64,000 nt of DNA from the human T2T-CHM13v2.0 reference genome, Homo sapiens: positions 15,264,001-15,328,000 of the forward strand of contig CP086569.2 of assembly GCA_009914755.4 (NCBI GenBank). The letters run 5' to 3'. This document shows, piece by piece, positions 24,215 through 42,174 of the stretch (positions within the stretch are counted from its first letter, which is position 1; every line of letters begins with the position of its first letter). The translations under genes and the position numbers were made by a program. Under the pieces are notes generated by a model. That model worked only from the letters and a program-made list of their open reading frames with translations, did no database searches and was not told the DNA's origin.

Positions 24215-24440
24215 AAACTGCACACAATTCCCACTGATAAAACCCTCCTGAAGATAAGTTCACAATCAAAAATCACAATATATGTGAAGTCACAACCCAA
24301 TGCTCATGAAGGCCAAAATGAAGATCAAAAGGCACAACAAAATTCCCACTGATAAAACCCTCCTGAAGATGAGTTCACAAAAATCACAATACATGTGAAG
24401 TTCCAAACCAATGCTCAGGATTGTCAAAAGGCACAAACAG
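24215..24440. repeat. Tandem duplication of a ~110-bp unit
   Basis: ...aattcccactgataaaaccctcctgaagat[a/g]agttcacaa...atcacaata[t/c]atgtgaagt...caatgctca... occurs twice in tandem just outside the LTR. Confidence 0.7.
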
Positions 24441-25019
24441 CAATATAATCACAATAACATAATACATAATTAGGTTTGGATTATGAAAAGCATTTAGAAT
24501 AGAAGGAGCACAAGAGATAAGAGGAAGATACTGTAAATAAACAACAGATGGATTTGAAATAAATATGAGAACTTATAGAAGTAAAAACCAAGCCATAGAA
24601 CCTAAACCTCAATAGGTAAATTAAAGACCAGATTACACGTGACTAAACTGAGAAAGAAATGAATGGGGAGATGTGAAAAATCACTTAGAATGCAGCACAT
24701 AAATATCAACAGATAGATTGTATCAAAGTGTGTTTGAGAGAGAAGGAGGGTACATGGAAGAGATTCAGGATACAATGACTAAAATGTGTTGGAGAATAAC
24801 AGCATTCTGAGGATAAGGAATAAACAATATTCCAAAAGATAATGATGGCAATATTCCAGAATCATATGAAACAGGAATATATGAGTCATGAAAAAAGTGA
24901 ACTCCAAGTAGGAGAAATAAAGGCAAGTCCACACCCCAGCATATCAAACTGAAATTCAAGAAAGGGCAAGTGAAAACCTACCAAAGCAACTAGAATAAAC
25001 AAAATATGGTATACAACCA

Positions 25020-25052
25020 GATAATAATAGGAGCAGTACAGCTTAGAGTAGG

Positions 25053-25085
<33 letters not shown>

Positions 25086-25118
25086 ATTCTCTCTCTCTAT
25101 ATATATATGTAGATATAG

Positions 25119-25156
<38 letters not shown>

Positions 25157-25160
25157 AGCA
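25020..25160. repeat. (TA)n/(GA)n/(TATG)n compound microsatellite
   Basis: atatatatatatatatatatgtatgtatattctctctctctatatatat...agagagagagagagagagagata. Confidence 0.9.
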
Positions 25161-25712
25161 AATGTATATAGTTCTATTTATGAATACACACACATACTTC
25201 AACAAAACAATCAGTAAAAGGAAAAAATCTCCATAGAACACATTAAATGAAAAGAATAGTATTTCAATAAAGAAAAACACCTGAATGACCAATTACACAT
25301 GAAAAGGCATCTTTTTTTCCTGGTCAGGGAAATTCAATTTAAAACAGCTATGAGACTCCACTAAAATTGACAAAAAGAAAAGTTACAATATCAAGAAGAG
25401 AGGAAGACAAGAAGCCAAAGGTGATCCCTTGCTCTGTTGGAGGGAGTGTGAATTGGTGAAACAACTTTGAGACACTGTCTTGAAACCTCAGGATAATTGA
25501 ACATGTGTTCAGACTACCAGTCAGCTTTCTACTTGAGGGAAGCTCGAGTTATGTGTGCAGTGTCATTGACAAGAATGCCTAGAGTAACTTGCGTGGAATA
25601 ATGAAAAGTTAGAAACTGCCAACATTGTAATAATCAATAAGATGAATAAACTACAGTTGTAGTTATCAGTTCACTTAATCTCAAAGTTAACTATAAATGA
25701 AGAATGACCTTC

Positions 25713-26265
25713 AGAATGAAACATTTACTTAAATTTGACAAATGAACCTCTATCTTTATATCTATTATCTGTCTTTATGTCTATCTATATATCTATTATC
25801 TATCTATTTATATATCTACCTGTCTACTTGTATACCTACCTATTATCTATGTATCCAATATTCCATCTATTCTATCATCTATTATTTATGTCATTTGTTG
25901 ACCTATCATCTATCTACTCTATCATCTATCATGTTGCCCAAATACAGAATGAAATATTTACTTAAATTTGACAAATGAACCTCTATCTTTATATCTATTA
26001 TCTATCTTTATATCTATCTATATATCCATCTATTATCTATTTATCTATCTACCTGTCTACTTGTATACCTACCTATTATCTATGTATCCAATATTCCATC
26101 TATTCTATCATCTATTATTTATGTCATTTATTGACCTATCATCTATCTACTCTATCATCTATTCTATGATCTATCATCTACCTATCTTTTCATCTATCAT
26201 CTACCTGTTTATCTGTCTGTCTTCTATTTTGTATCTACCATCTATCTATATCTACTTATAAATAT
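25713..26265. repeat. TATC/ATCT-rich minisatellite containing a ~232-bp tandem duplication
   Basis: The unit cagaatgaaa[c/t]atttacttaaatttgacaaatgaacctctatctttatatctattatct... occurs at about 25713 and again at 25945. ORFs 25735-25965 and 25968-26261 give near-identical translations. Confidence 0.9.
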
Positions 26266-27269
26266 AGGTAAACACATAGGCATTGTAATGATAAGACAAT
26301 CCAGAGCAATTACAAAACTAAATTAACTAGAGTCCACTGGGAAGGAAGGGGTGGAAAATAAAAGGGGTGTACATAGGGGATTTGAAAATATTTCTTTAGC
26401 ATATAATTGTATTCTGAAAACCAACATAAAGAAGACATGAGGGGAATATGGTAATGCTATTCACATTACTCCTCCCTCCATCTCCTCCTCACACCCGCAA
26501 AGTCCCTACGCCTTATCCCAGTTGCATGGCTGCATTCCACAACATCCAAATCCTGACACTGTCTCCCTCAAAAAAATACTATTGGGACATGGAAACAACT
26601 ACAGATATAATTTTCCTACTGTGAAAAGTTCTTCCTAAGTTTCAAGAATAAAAAGAAATATCCAATTCACAATTGGTTTGTTTTCCTTTCATTCATTTCA
26701 CTTTTTTTTTCCTAAATGGGATATGTTTAAATACACATAAAAAAAACAAATAGGAGAGGCCATCCTATTTGAAACTATTATTTATTCATTTACTGTATTT
26801 TAGAAATAAGGCCCCCAGGAATCTTGGGCATATGTGAAAACACATATGCTTACAAACTTAGATAATGAGATTCAGTCATGGCAATTAGGTTGCATTTAAA
26901 ATTCCTAGCGTCAAGTGTAAGAGTCTAAGTACTCACTTTTTGAAAGTAACACACTTTTATCTCTGTGCATTGTCTCTAGTATTCCTAAGTCAGTCTCTTT
27001 CTTTGCCATGGTTTAACTTTGTAGTCTGGTCTTTCCATTCTTTCCCCAGAGTAGGGTAATCTTAAGAGTTGGGGTGATTAACATCTCTAATAATTTGTAT
27101 AGCATAATGTAGTTAAACATTTTTCTTAGGATAGTGAATGTGCAAAGAAAATGGAAGATCAACAGAGGAGAGAAACGTTGCTAGCTGTCATGGTTTCCCT
27201 TTCAGGCATTAATCATTATTGCTTGAGAAGAAAGTTAGACTTTTATTGCCAAAATATTTAACTAAATGT

Positions 27270-27650
27270 CACATATGTGTGTGTGCATGCGTGTGTGTGT
27301 GTAGTGTATGTGTATGTATACACACAAAACACCCACATACCCATAAGTATATATAGATATGCATACACACCTATATATATGCACACATAAATATGTATAC
27401 ACCTATATATGCATATAGTTCTCTCTCAGAGATATAGATAGACAGACAGATACATAGATGGATAGATAGATAGATAGACAGACAGATATAGATGTGGATA
27501 GAATAGATGGTAGATAAATAGGATAGATGGAATAGAAGATTGAGATAGATATGGATGGAATAGATACCTCGATAACATGAGATAGATAGAATAGATAGAT
27601 ACATATAGATCAGATAGAGAGATTAAATAGAGATAGATGTGACACACATA
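27270..27650. repeat. (TG/CA)n plus GATA/TAGA-rich microsatellite block, the reverse-complement motif of 25713-26265
   Basis: gatagatagatagacagacagatatagatgtggatagaatagatggtagataaataggatagatgg... Confidence 0.85.
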
Positions 27651-28789
27651 CATGCATATATACAGATCTTTAGAGTTCATGTCAGGCAGCTTTCTGAAGA
27701 TAATCTATGTATTAACTTCACAATTAAATCTTCACAACAGCCATGAGTTAGAAGATATCATTATAACAACATTGCACAAAGGACTGTTGCCCAAAGAGGC
27801 AAGTTACCCGACTTCCCCCAGCTAGCAAAAAGTGCAGGAGTGATGTGAACCCAGCCTGTGTGGTCTGTAGCTCCTTCTTCTGAACCACTATGTGCTATTG
27901 GAAGTTGCCATTTCTTTAGTTTTCCTGAAGTGCAAGGTGGCACTACAAGTGGATACCAATGTGCATAGAAATATTCACAGCAATCCTTCCTACTGAATTT
28001 ATTATTCCACTCCCAAAGCCAATCATCAATATAGAAATTTAACATTCATCCCTGCCATTCTATGTATTTAACCAAATCTCTTCCATATGACAGTTGCATT
28101 TTTACTTCCAAGCCGCTGGAGGAGATGAAGGATCCTCTGTAGTTTCTCTTGCTGGCAATAAGAGTTGCAAAAGCAAACTTTTGAATGCATCTAAGTTAAT
28201 CACCAAAGAGTGGCATTAGTAGTCCTGGTTCCATTTAAGTAGGTCCTGTATAGGATGTTCTTTATGTAATGAATATTTTAAGTCCTATCATTACTATTCT
28301 CATGTACATTCATCATTATCCACAAGTAATGGAAAAGCTTTTTCTGGCTCCCCAAGTACTGTGTGCTCATTTCAGAATATCTAATGCTCCTAATGCATTC
28401 CTTAATGATGACTCCAGTGTGTGATGAGGAACAGGGGTTTTGGAACTCAGAAAGCCAGCATGTCATTGCACACTCATCTTTAGTGGAGGCCCCTTGCCTA
28501 GTTTGAAATGCAATCCTGATACATACAGCTCAAAATACCTAGCCTTTCTGCTTCAGGTTATTCAAACCCAATGAAATTCTGATATCGTTTTAAAGATAAC
28601 TGTTGCACATAAAAAGTCACTTCTGATTTTTGTATGAGGAAGATAATGATTGCACATAATAAACCACCTATGACTTTTTTTATTATTATACTTTAAGTTT
28701 TAGGGTACATGTGCACAATGTGCAGGTCAGTTACATATGTATACATGTTCCATGCTGGTGTGCTGCACCCATTAACACGTCATTTAGCA

Positions 28790-32558
<3,769 letters not shown>

Positions 32559-32621
32559 TATGATGCTAGCTGGTTATTTTTCTCATTAGTTGATGCAGTT
32601 TCTTCCTAGTCTCAATGGTCT

Positions 32622-33638
32622 TTACATTTTGGCATGATTTTGCAGCTGCTGGTACCATTTGTTCCTTTCCATGTTTAGTGCTTCTTTCAGGAGCTCTTTT
32701 AGGGCAGGCCTGGTGGTGACAAAATCACTCAGCATTTGCGTGTCTGTAAAGTATTTTATTTCTCCTTCACTTATGAAGCTTAGTTTGGCTGGATATGAAA
32801 TTCTGGGTTGAAAATTCTTTTCTTTAAGAATGTTGAATGTTGGCCCCCACTCTCTTCTGGCTTGTAGAGTTTCTGCCGAGAGATCCGCTGTTAGTCTGAT
32901 GGGCTTCCCTTTGTGGGTAAACCAACCTTTCTCTCTGGCTGCCCTTAACATTTTTTCCTTCATTTCAACTTTGGTGAGTCTGACAATTATGTGTCTTGGA
33001 GTTGCTCTTCTCAAAGAGTATCTTTGTGGTGTTGTCTGTATTTCCCGAATCTGAATGTTAGCCTGCCTTGCTAGATTGGGGAAGTTCTCCTGGATAATAT
33101 CCTTCAGAGTGTTTTCCAACTTGGTTCCATTCTCCCCATCACTTTCAGGTACACCAATAAGATGTAGATTTGGTATCTTCACATGGTCCCATATTTCTTG
33201 GAGGCTTTGTTCGTTTCTTTTTATTCTTTTTTCTCTAAACTTCCCTTCTCACTTCATTTCATTCAGTTCATCTTCCAGCACTGATACCCTTTCTTCCAGT
33301 TGACTGCATTGGCTCCTGAGGCTTCTGCATTCTTCACGTAGTTCTTGAGCCTTGGCTTTCAGCTCCATCAGCTCCTTTAAGCACTTCTCTGTATTGGTTA
33401 TTCTAGTTTTACAATTGTCTAAATTTTTTTCAAAGTTTTTAACTTCTTTGCCTTTGGTTTGAATTTCCTCCTGTAGCTTGGAGTAGTTTGATAGTCTGAA
33501 GTCTTCCTGTCTCAACTCGTTAAAGTCATTCTCCATCCAGCTTTGTTCCATTGCTGGTGAGGAACTGCGTTCCTTTGGAGGAGGAGAGGCGCTCTGCTTT
33601 TTAGAGTTTCCAGTTTTTCTGCTCTGTTTTTTCCCCAT
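32622..33638 (-). pseudogene. ORF1: L1 ORF1p, split by a frameshift or stop between 33182 and 33249
   Basis: MGKKQSRKTGNSKKQSASPPPKERSSSPAMEQSWMENDF...LEDELNEMK, then ...IGVPESDGENGTKLENTLKDIIQENFPNLARQANIQIREIQTTPQRY...NMERNKWYQQLQNHAKM. Confidence 0.9.
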
Positions 33639-36600
33639 CTTTGTGGTTTTATCTACTTTTGGTCATTAATGATGCAGATGTACAGATGGTTTTTGGTGTG
33701 GATGTCCTTTCTGTTTGTTAGTTTTCCTTCTAACAGACAGGACCCTCAGGTGCAGGTCTGTTGGAGTTTGCTAGAGGTCCACTCTAGACCCTGTTTGCCT
33801 GGGTATCAGCAGTGGTGGCTGCAGAACAGTGGATTTTCATGAACCGTGAATGCTGCTGTCTGATCGTTCCTCTGCGTGTTTTGTCTCAGAAGAGTACCTG
33901 GCTGTGTGAGGTGTCAGTCTGCCCCTACTGGGTGGTGCCTTCCAGTTAGGATGCTCAGGGGTCAGGAGACAGGGACCCACTTGAGGAGGCAGTCTGCCCA
34001 TTCTCAGATCTCCAGCTGCATGCTGGGAGAACCACTGCTCTCTTCAAAGCTGTCAGCCATGGACATTTAAGTCTGCAGAGGTTACTGCTGTCTTTTTATT
34101 TGTCTGTGCCCTGCCCCCAGAGGTGGATCCTACAGAGGCAGGTAGGCCTCCTTGAGCTGTGGTGGTCTCCATGCTGTTCCAGCTTCCTGGCTGTTTTGTT
34201 TACCTAAGCAAGACTGGGCAATGGTGGGCACCCCTCCCCCAGCCTTGCTGCCACCTTGCAGTTTGATCTCAGACTGCTGTGCTAGCAATTAGTGAGACTC
34301 TGTGGGGATAGGACCCTCTGTGCCAGCTGCAGGATATAATCTCCTGGTGCACCATTTTTTAAGCCCATCAGAAAAGCACAGTATTAGGGTGGGAGTGACC
34401 CGATTTTCCAGGTGCCATCTGTCACCCCTTTCTTTGACTAGGAAAGGGAACTCCCTGACCCCTTGCACTTCCTGAGTGGGGTAATGCCTCACTCTGCTTC
34501 GGCTCATGCACAGTGCACTGCACCCACTGTCCCGCACCCACTGTCTGCCACTCCCTAGTGAGATGAACCCGGTACCTCAGATGAAAATGCGGAAATCACC
34601 CGTCTTCTGCGTCACTCGTGCTGGGAGCTGTAACTGGAGCTCTTCCTATTCGGCCATCTTGGCTGACCCACCTCTGATTTTTGTATGAGCAAACACAAGA
34701 TCGAAAAATGAGAAGCCACTTTCAAATCATTCAGACCTTGACATATCTGAGGAGATTTAATATAAAAATAATTAGTTGCAAGTTGAAGTGAGGTCCTGCT
34801 TGTCTAAATGGGGAGTGGTAATGCAAATGAGTCTGATTTTTTTCCCAACGTGTGTGTAAAGCATTGTTAGACACAGTAAAAGCCTTGGGTTTTTACTGGG
34901 TTGGATTTCTTAGAAGTAAACCTTTACACAAGGATTTGGGTGCAAGTAATTCACTGATTAAAAAACCAGTTGCTCCCATGTCAGGTGGTCTCTGGCTTTG
35001 GGATCCTTTTGGTAGAGAGATAAGAGATAAATTTTTAGAAGAAGCAACTCATTGTCAACCAAGGATCAATTTCCAGAGCAATGGAGTGGCTGTGAACTGT
35101 TCTCCAGAGCAATGAAGCAGCTGTTAACTGTGAGTAGTCCCACTTCCAACAGTCAATGCGAATTGACCCTTTAAAGAGTATTCTCAGGGAACAGAAACAG
35201 CATCTCCATCCCTACTAATTCTTGAAAATAGACATCTCTTTAACCATCTATTTAAAATAATATCCCTCTTTATTCTGTGATGCCTAATAAAACCCACTTG
35301 GAAACTTTAGTATGTTAAAATCAGATTAGGTAATGGTTTACTATGCAAACTGTAACTGTACTTACTAAAGGTCATAGTTGCTAAATCTTTCACCTATATC
35401 CTAAGTATCAGGTAAGGGTTTGTAAATACAGTGATTTTTTTCCCTTAAGATTTATTGGTATGATTTCCAAATCTGTGGTAGAATTTGCACATGTGTTTCC
35501 TTTGCTTACAAATCCTCACACTTAGCAGGAGCTGATGCTTAGAAAAATGATTTCTCAATAAGCAGTTGAGCTGGATTTATTAGCAGGTTTTATAAATCAA
35601 GTGCATAATATATAGTTTAAACTTCAGAAACCACAGATTTATGTATCCTTGCAGTAAATCATGAGAATAAGTATCCACTAAGTCCTTATTTTAAGCTAAT
35701 CTGGTCAATTGCTGGGTAAATACTTCACATCTTTTAATCCTTTTCATATCAATAACTAGAACTCATTATTTCAGTAAATATTTGTTGATTTATTTTTACC
35801 CTAAATACCCTAAAAACATTGCACAAAGGACTTTTGCCCAAATGTCTGCATTTGGAGAAGTTTGGAAACTTGGCTGTATATTAACAGTTACAAAAGATAG
35901 CTAATGCTATCAACATAAGAATGAATGAAAAATGTACAATAATAATATTGAATCCCATACTTAACGGATAAGACAGAGTTTAAATGAACTCAGCTTCCAT
36001 TCTCAAAAAGGCATTATTTAATAATAATTATATGGTAATAAGTCATCATTTATAATTGTGTGGTGTTTATAATTGACTTAGCACCTTATGTGTGCTTCTT
36101 AATTTTGTTCTGATGGTAGGAAGTAGGTTGCATATACGTTAAAAAAATATTAATGAGACCAAGCCTCAGACATTCAATGAGGCTTGAATTCAACATTCAA
36201 TGAGGTTGTCATTCAAAGCCAACATCACTGAGATAGCCTGTCGGTAGTCTCTTTTCTCCAGGTTTTGGCATCCAGCCCTCCTGTGACAACGATCTTAACA
36301 TGTGTTAGCATGGATGTGAATGTTAATTGCATGAGGCAAATGTTCTCTATGGCCACTTTGATTTCTCTGTTCAAAGTCTGTGTGTACACAAATAATCATA
36401 CTAAAGATTCAAACTGAAATTCTATTTGTTTATACCTTCCTCCATAATCATGGAAGGGGACAACGTTAAAACAAGCCCCACCTCTAGTTGACACAAACCA
36501 CTTTTACAGGTTTTAATGCCACTTTTCTTTTAGTATTATGTAAATTCCCAATTGTCAGAGAATGTTGGCCAAGTTTCATTTATTCTAGAAGACACAGGCT

Positions 36601-36689
36601 AATGCCTATTTGCTTTACAATGGTGGAGCTTGTTCAATTGCTGTCATACAGTCATTAAAAAAAAAAAAGACATGTCAACACATCGACTT

Positions 36690-36724
36690 CATATTCTTTT
36701 CTTTTCTTTCTTCTTCTTTCTTTT

Positions 36725-36759
<35 letters not shown>

Positions 36760-37035
36760 AGGCAGGGTCTAACTCTGTCACCTAGGCTGTAGTGCAGTTG
36801 TGCGATCTTGGCTCACTGCAACTTTCACCTCCCAGGTTCAAGTGATTCTCCTGCCTTACCCTCCTGAATAGCTGGGATTACAGGTGTGCACCACCATGCT
36901 CAGCTAATTTTTGTATTTTTAATAGAGATAGGGTTACACGTTCTTGGCCAGACTGGTCTCAAACTCCTCACCTCTGGTGACTGACCTGCCTTGGCCTCCC
37001 AAAGTGTTGGGATTATAGGCGTGAGCCAGGGTGCC
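36690..37035 (-). mobile_element. Alu SINE with long poly-T, preceded by (CTTT)n
   Basis: ttcttttctttcttcttctttctttttc t(35) gaggcagggtctaactctgtcacctaggctgtagtgcagttg...cctcccaaagtgttgggattataggcgtgagccagggtgcc. Confidence 0.9.
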
Positions 37036-37224
37036 CATCTTTGATTTCATTTTCTATAATGGATTAAACACTTTGTTAATATTATTGAACACAAAAGTAA
37101 CATTTTATAATTTTGATCATTGATTAATAACAATATGGAAAAGCCCCATGCAAGAGAATCATCAAAGAAAAGGTTTCTATTAGATCCTATAAATAACAAA
37201 CTAGCCATTTAAAAAGAAGAAACT

Positions 37225-37526
<302 letters not shown>

Positions 37527-37559
37527 CTACATACACGTACATCACTTTAAAAAATACTT

Positions 37560-37960
37560 CTTGGATTCCAGCTTGTGATAAAATGCTGTATTCATTGGCT
37601 TGAGCTGCCATTAAAAAAAAATCACAGACTGGACAGCTTAAACAACATAAATTTATTTTCTCATATTTCTGGGAGCTGGAAGTTAAACATCAAGGTGTAG
37701 GCAGGGCTGATTCCTCCTGAGGCCTCCCTCCGTTGCTTGTAGATGCCATCTTTTCCTTGTGTCCTCAAAGGGTCCTTCCTCTGTGTAGGTCTGTGTCCTC
37801 ATGTTCTCTTCTTATAAGGGCACCATTCCTGTTGGATTAGGGCCCACTCTAGTGACCTCATGTTACCTTAATCACGTACTTAAAAACCCTATTGCCAAAC
37901 ACAGTCACATTCTAAAGTCCTAGGGGTTAGGGATTCAATATATAAATTGTTCAAGAAAAC
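37560..37960 (+). repeat. Ancient interspersed repeat fragment (MER-type fossil; family uncertain)
   Basis: ...cttaaacaacataaatttattttctcatatttctgggagctggaagttaaacatcaaggtgtaggcagggctgattcctcctgaggcctc...gggcccactctagtgacctcatgttaccttaatcac... is a commonly recurring human repeat sequence, recognised from memory only. Confidence 0.4.
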
Positions 37961-38099
37961 AATTCAGCTCACAGCTGCGCATGTACAAGTTTTCCTGATC
38001 CACCCACTGAATGAAGCTATGGAATCAGGACAGGAGTTATGGGATGGCTATTTGAGGACTCTAAAAATGAAATGGCTACTACCTACTTATGAGAATGGC

Positions 38100-38935
38100 C
38101 CAAATTTACAACCCTGATCAAACCAAATGTTGCTGAGGACACAGAGCAACAAGAACTCTCATTCATTGCTGGTGGGAATGCCAAACATTACAGCCACTTT
38201 GGAAGACAATTTGCACATGTCTTACAAAGCCAATCATAGTCTTATGATAATATCTAGGAATTGTGCTCCTAGGTATTTACCAAAATGAATTAAAGACTTA
38301 TGTTCAAACAAAACTGCACATTAATATTTATAGCAGCTTTATACATAATTGCCAGATCTTGGAAACAACCAAGATGCCCTTCAGTAGATGAACAGAGAAG
38401 TAAACTGTGTTAAGTGCAGACAATGCAATATCACTCCTCCCTAAAAAGAAATGAGCTATCAAACCAGTAGAGATGTGGAGGAATCTTGAGTATGACTCAG
38501 TGGAACAAGACAATGTGGAAAGTCTACAGACTGACAGTCTAACTATAGGACACTCTGGAAAAGGCAGGAATTATGGGATCAGTAAACAGATCAGTGCTTG
38601 ACAGGATTTTGAGGGATGGAGGGAATAGGCAGAACACAGAGGATTTTTAAGGCAGTGAAAATGCATGAGACTGTAATGGTGGATCCATGTCATTATACAT
38701 TTGTCAAAACCCACACGCTGCACAACACTAATGAACCCTAATGTAAACTAATGTGAATCCTAATGTAAACTGTGAACTTTGGATGACAGTGATGTGTCCA
38801 TGTAGGTTGATAAATTGTAATGTACCATCTGTTGCATGATGTTAATTGAAGGGGAAGCTATTCATACATGGGGCAGTGGGAAGATTTCCCACTTAACTTT
38901 GCAATGAAACTAAAATAACTATAAAACAGAATGCC
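38100..38935 (+). mobile_element. Old L1 (L1M-like) 3' end fragment
   Basis: ...cattgctggtgggaatgccaaacattacagccactttggaagacaatttg...tagcagctttatacataattgccagatcttggaaacaaccaagatgcccttcagtagatgaa...gtgaactttggatgacagtgatgtgtccatgtaggttgataaattgtaa... Confidence 0.7.
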
Positions 38936-38937
38936 TA

Positions 38938-39245
38938 GGCAGGGCACAGTGACACATGCCTGTAATCCTAGACTGTGCAAGCCCAAGGCGGACAGATCAC
39001 AAGGTCAAGAGATCGAGACCATCCTAGCCAACATGGTGAAACTGCGTATCTGCTAAAACTACAAAAATTAGCTAGCTGTGGTGGTACACACCTGTAGTTC
39101 CAGCTATTCAGAGCCTGAAGCAGGAGAATTGCTTGCACTCAGGAGGTGGAGGTTGCAGTGGGCCAAGATTGTCCCACCTGCACTCCAGCCTGGCGACACA
39201 GGAAGGTTCCATCTCAAATAGTAATAATAATAATAATAATAATAA
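38938..39245 (+). mobile_element. Alu SINE with (AAT)n tail
   Basis: ggcagggcacagtgacacatgcctgtaatcctagactgtgcaag...; tail (aat)n. Confidence 0.9.
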
Positions 39246-39255
39246 TGCCTATTTG

Positions 39256-39542
<287 letters not shown>

Positions 39543-39793
39543 TACAATAAATTTTAAAAACCCTATTAATTATAAAACAACAACAGCAACAAAAATTAAA
39601 TGCATCCCATTCAGAAATTGTAATGTGTTAAAATCAGATTAGGTAATAGCTTTTTGTAGCTAATTGTAATTGAACTTACTTAAGATTACAGTTGCTATGA
39701 CACAGGAGACAGATTGAAGAAGATGACCAGAGTTCCAATTCACACCAAGTCAGCAATGAGCTCGTTATTGTTTTTCTTTTGTGATCTGAAACA

Positions 39794-40202
39794 GTTTGGC
39801 TCTATGTCCCCACCAAATATCATATCAAATTGAAAGCCCGGTGTTGGAGGTGGGGCCCAGTGGTAGGTGACTGGATCTCATAGGGGTGATTTCTCAAGAA
39901 TGGTTTAGTATCATCCTCTCTGTGCCATTCTTATGGTACTATCTCAGTTTTCATGAGATCTGCTTGCTTAAAAGTGTGCAGCACTTTTCCGATTGCCTTG
40001 GTCCTGCTCCTGCTGTGTTAAGTCACCTGCTTCTACTTTGCCTTCTGCCATGAGTAAAAGCTCCCTGAAGCCTCCCAAGAAGCAGATGCTGCCATGCTTC
40101 CCATACAGCCTGTAGAACCATGAGCCAATTAAACCTCTTTTCTTTATAAATTACCCAGTCTCAGGTATTTATTTATAGCAGCATGAGGAAGGACTAATGC
40201 AG
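39794..40202 (+). mobile_element. MaLR LTR (MST/THE1-like)
   Basis: gtttggctctatgtccccaccaaatatcatatcaaattgaaagcccggtgttggaggtggggcccagtggtaggtgactggatctcatagggg...gagccaattaaacctcttttctttataaattacccagtctcaggtatttatttatagcagcatgaggaaggactaatgcag. Confidence 0.8.
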
Positions 40203-41882
40203 GGTCCCTCATCCTGAATTCAATGCACCAACAAACCAGGAACTGAGCCCATTGGCACAGGCAGAGAGGATGACAGAAGCACTTGTACTGGCTTGGGGAT
40301 CAGGAAAGAGGTGTTGTACCATTCAGACAGGGTGCAGAAACTCTGATTCTTCTCTTTTACTTTTGATCTTTTCCTCTGTTTTCATCTTTGCTTTCTTTTG
40401 TACCAGCCTTTGCTTGATCCTGTAACAGGAAAGGAGTGAGAAAGAGCCCACAGGTACCTCAGTAGTTGACTACAAGCAAGGTTAGTTCCTTTCTGTTCAA
40501 AAGAGGTGTACTATTTCAACAGACAATGTAGTCATTTCTTAAAGGTTATCTGCAATGTGGAATCTAAAATCACAGCCACAAACTTTTTGTGTGTTCTTAA
40601 GGAAAATGCATTGCTCTATGTGACACTCACAATGTTTAGTTTTGTTTACTTACTTGACTTTTTTAGCATCATGCATTTGGAAAACATCAGTTGATTAATT
40701 TATGCAGATTTTTGATATGTGGAAATATTTCATTATACAGGGCCCAAAAGTCATATTTGTTAATGACATCAGCAATTTGATTTGAAAATATTTTGCTACA
40801 GGGAGTTCTCAGTAGTCAATGAAAGTTTTCCAAAAATCTGATTTTTCCTTGAAGTGAAGGGCTCACTTTATTCAATTCTGAATTACCATGGTGAGTCCAT
40901 CGACATTCCTTCAAATGTTTTCACTCTTCCATGAAAACAGCAGCCACTTCAGCATGCAACTGAAGCAACGTCACACTTGCTTTTCTGAAAAACAGCCATC
41001 ACACTTCAGTATGCAGCAGAAGTGCTCACAAGCAGTTTCCATTTCACCGTAGAGATTATTAACAAGACATACATAGAAGAGCTGTGTAAAATTTTACTGT
41101 TTCCTCCAAACCACTCTTAAGCGAATCATCCATTTCTCTTCGTTTCTGAGACAGCAAGATGGCTGCTCATACCTTTTGGTGTCACTGTTTTGATTTGTTT
41201 TAAGGCACCAGTAGCTTTACTCATCACTGTTTTGTCACTGAAGTGGATATGTCAGCATTCAGGAAAAGGCACATGACATGAATATGTTATGAAAATTGTT
41301 TTGACCTCTGGGTTTTGAATCCCCTCATAGGATCTTGGGGACTCCAAGGTTCTGAAAACCACACTTTGATAATTACTACTCTAGCCTACTATAAATGTTT
41401 ATAATTGTGGACAATTACAGATTTGATTTTGATATGTTCTGTTAGTGCAGCTTATCCTGTTGCAACTATGAATGATTTGTGAACCACAACTACTCCCAAG
41501 TATGTTTGACCCATTGATTTCTTACTTTACTAAGAACTTTGTTTCCACCAAGGTGTGTGTTTTATAAGACAGCAAAGCAAATAATTCCATTTTCACATTA
41601 GATCAGCATTCACAACAAGCATAGAGTTGCAAGTATAATTTAAAAACTTGCAAAGCTCTAATTTTATTCCATAAACTAGCTATTTAAAAAACTTCACCAT
41701 TATTAGAAGTACCTCCATTGAAATTCTATATCTGTCCTTTGATGTTATAAACAGAAAACTGATGACATTCATGTGCTTGTGAAGGTGAAGCTCTTTTGCT
41801 AGCGGAGCCAACATGCTAACAGCCATCACTTCACTTTCCGTATATGAACAAGAACATTTGGAAATAAAAAGCAGGGAAATTA

Positions 41883-42174
41883 GGCAGGCTATGGTGGCTC
41901 ATGTCTCTAATCCCAGCACTTTGGGAGGCTGAGGCAGTCAGATCACTTGAGGTCAGGAGTTGGAGGCCAGCCTGGCTAATATGGTGTAACTCCGTCTCTA
42001 ATAAAAATACAAAAATTATCCAAGCATGGTTGTACATGCCTGTAGTCCTACCTACTCAGGAGGCTGAGGCAGGAGAATGGCTTGAACCTGAGAGATGGAG
42101 ATTGCAGTGAGTGGAGATCATACTACTGCACTCCAGTCTGTGTGACACAGCAAGACTGTTTTAGGAAAAAAAAA
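41883..42174 (+). mobile_element. Alu SINE
   Basis: ggcaggctatggtggctcatgtctctaatcccagcactttgggaggctgaggcag... Confidence 0.9.

Noticed and set aside
25735-27680. ORFs of 76-97 aa made of Tyr/Ile/Leu/Ser (YLSIYL...) and duplicated protein sequences
   Set aside because: They are translations of the TATC/GATA minisatellites. The duplicated peptide reflects the 232-bp DNA tandem duplication, not a paralogous gene pair.
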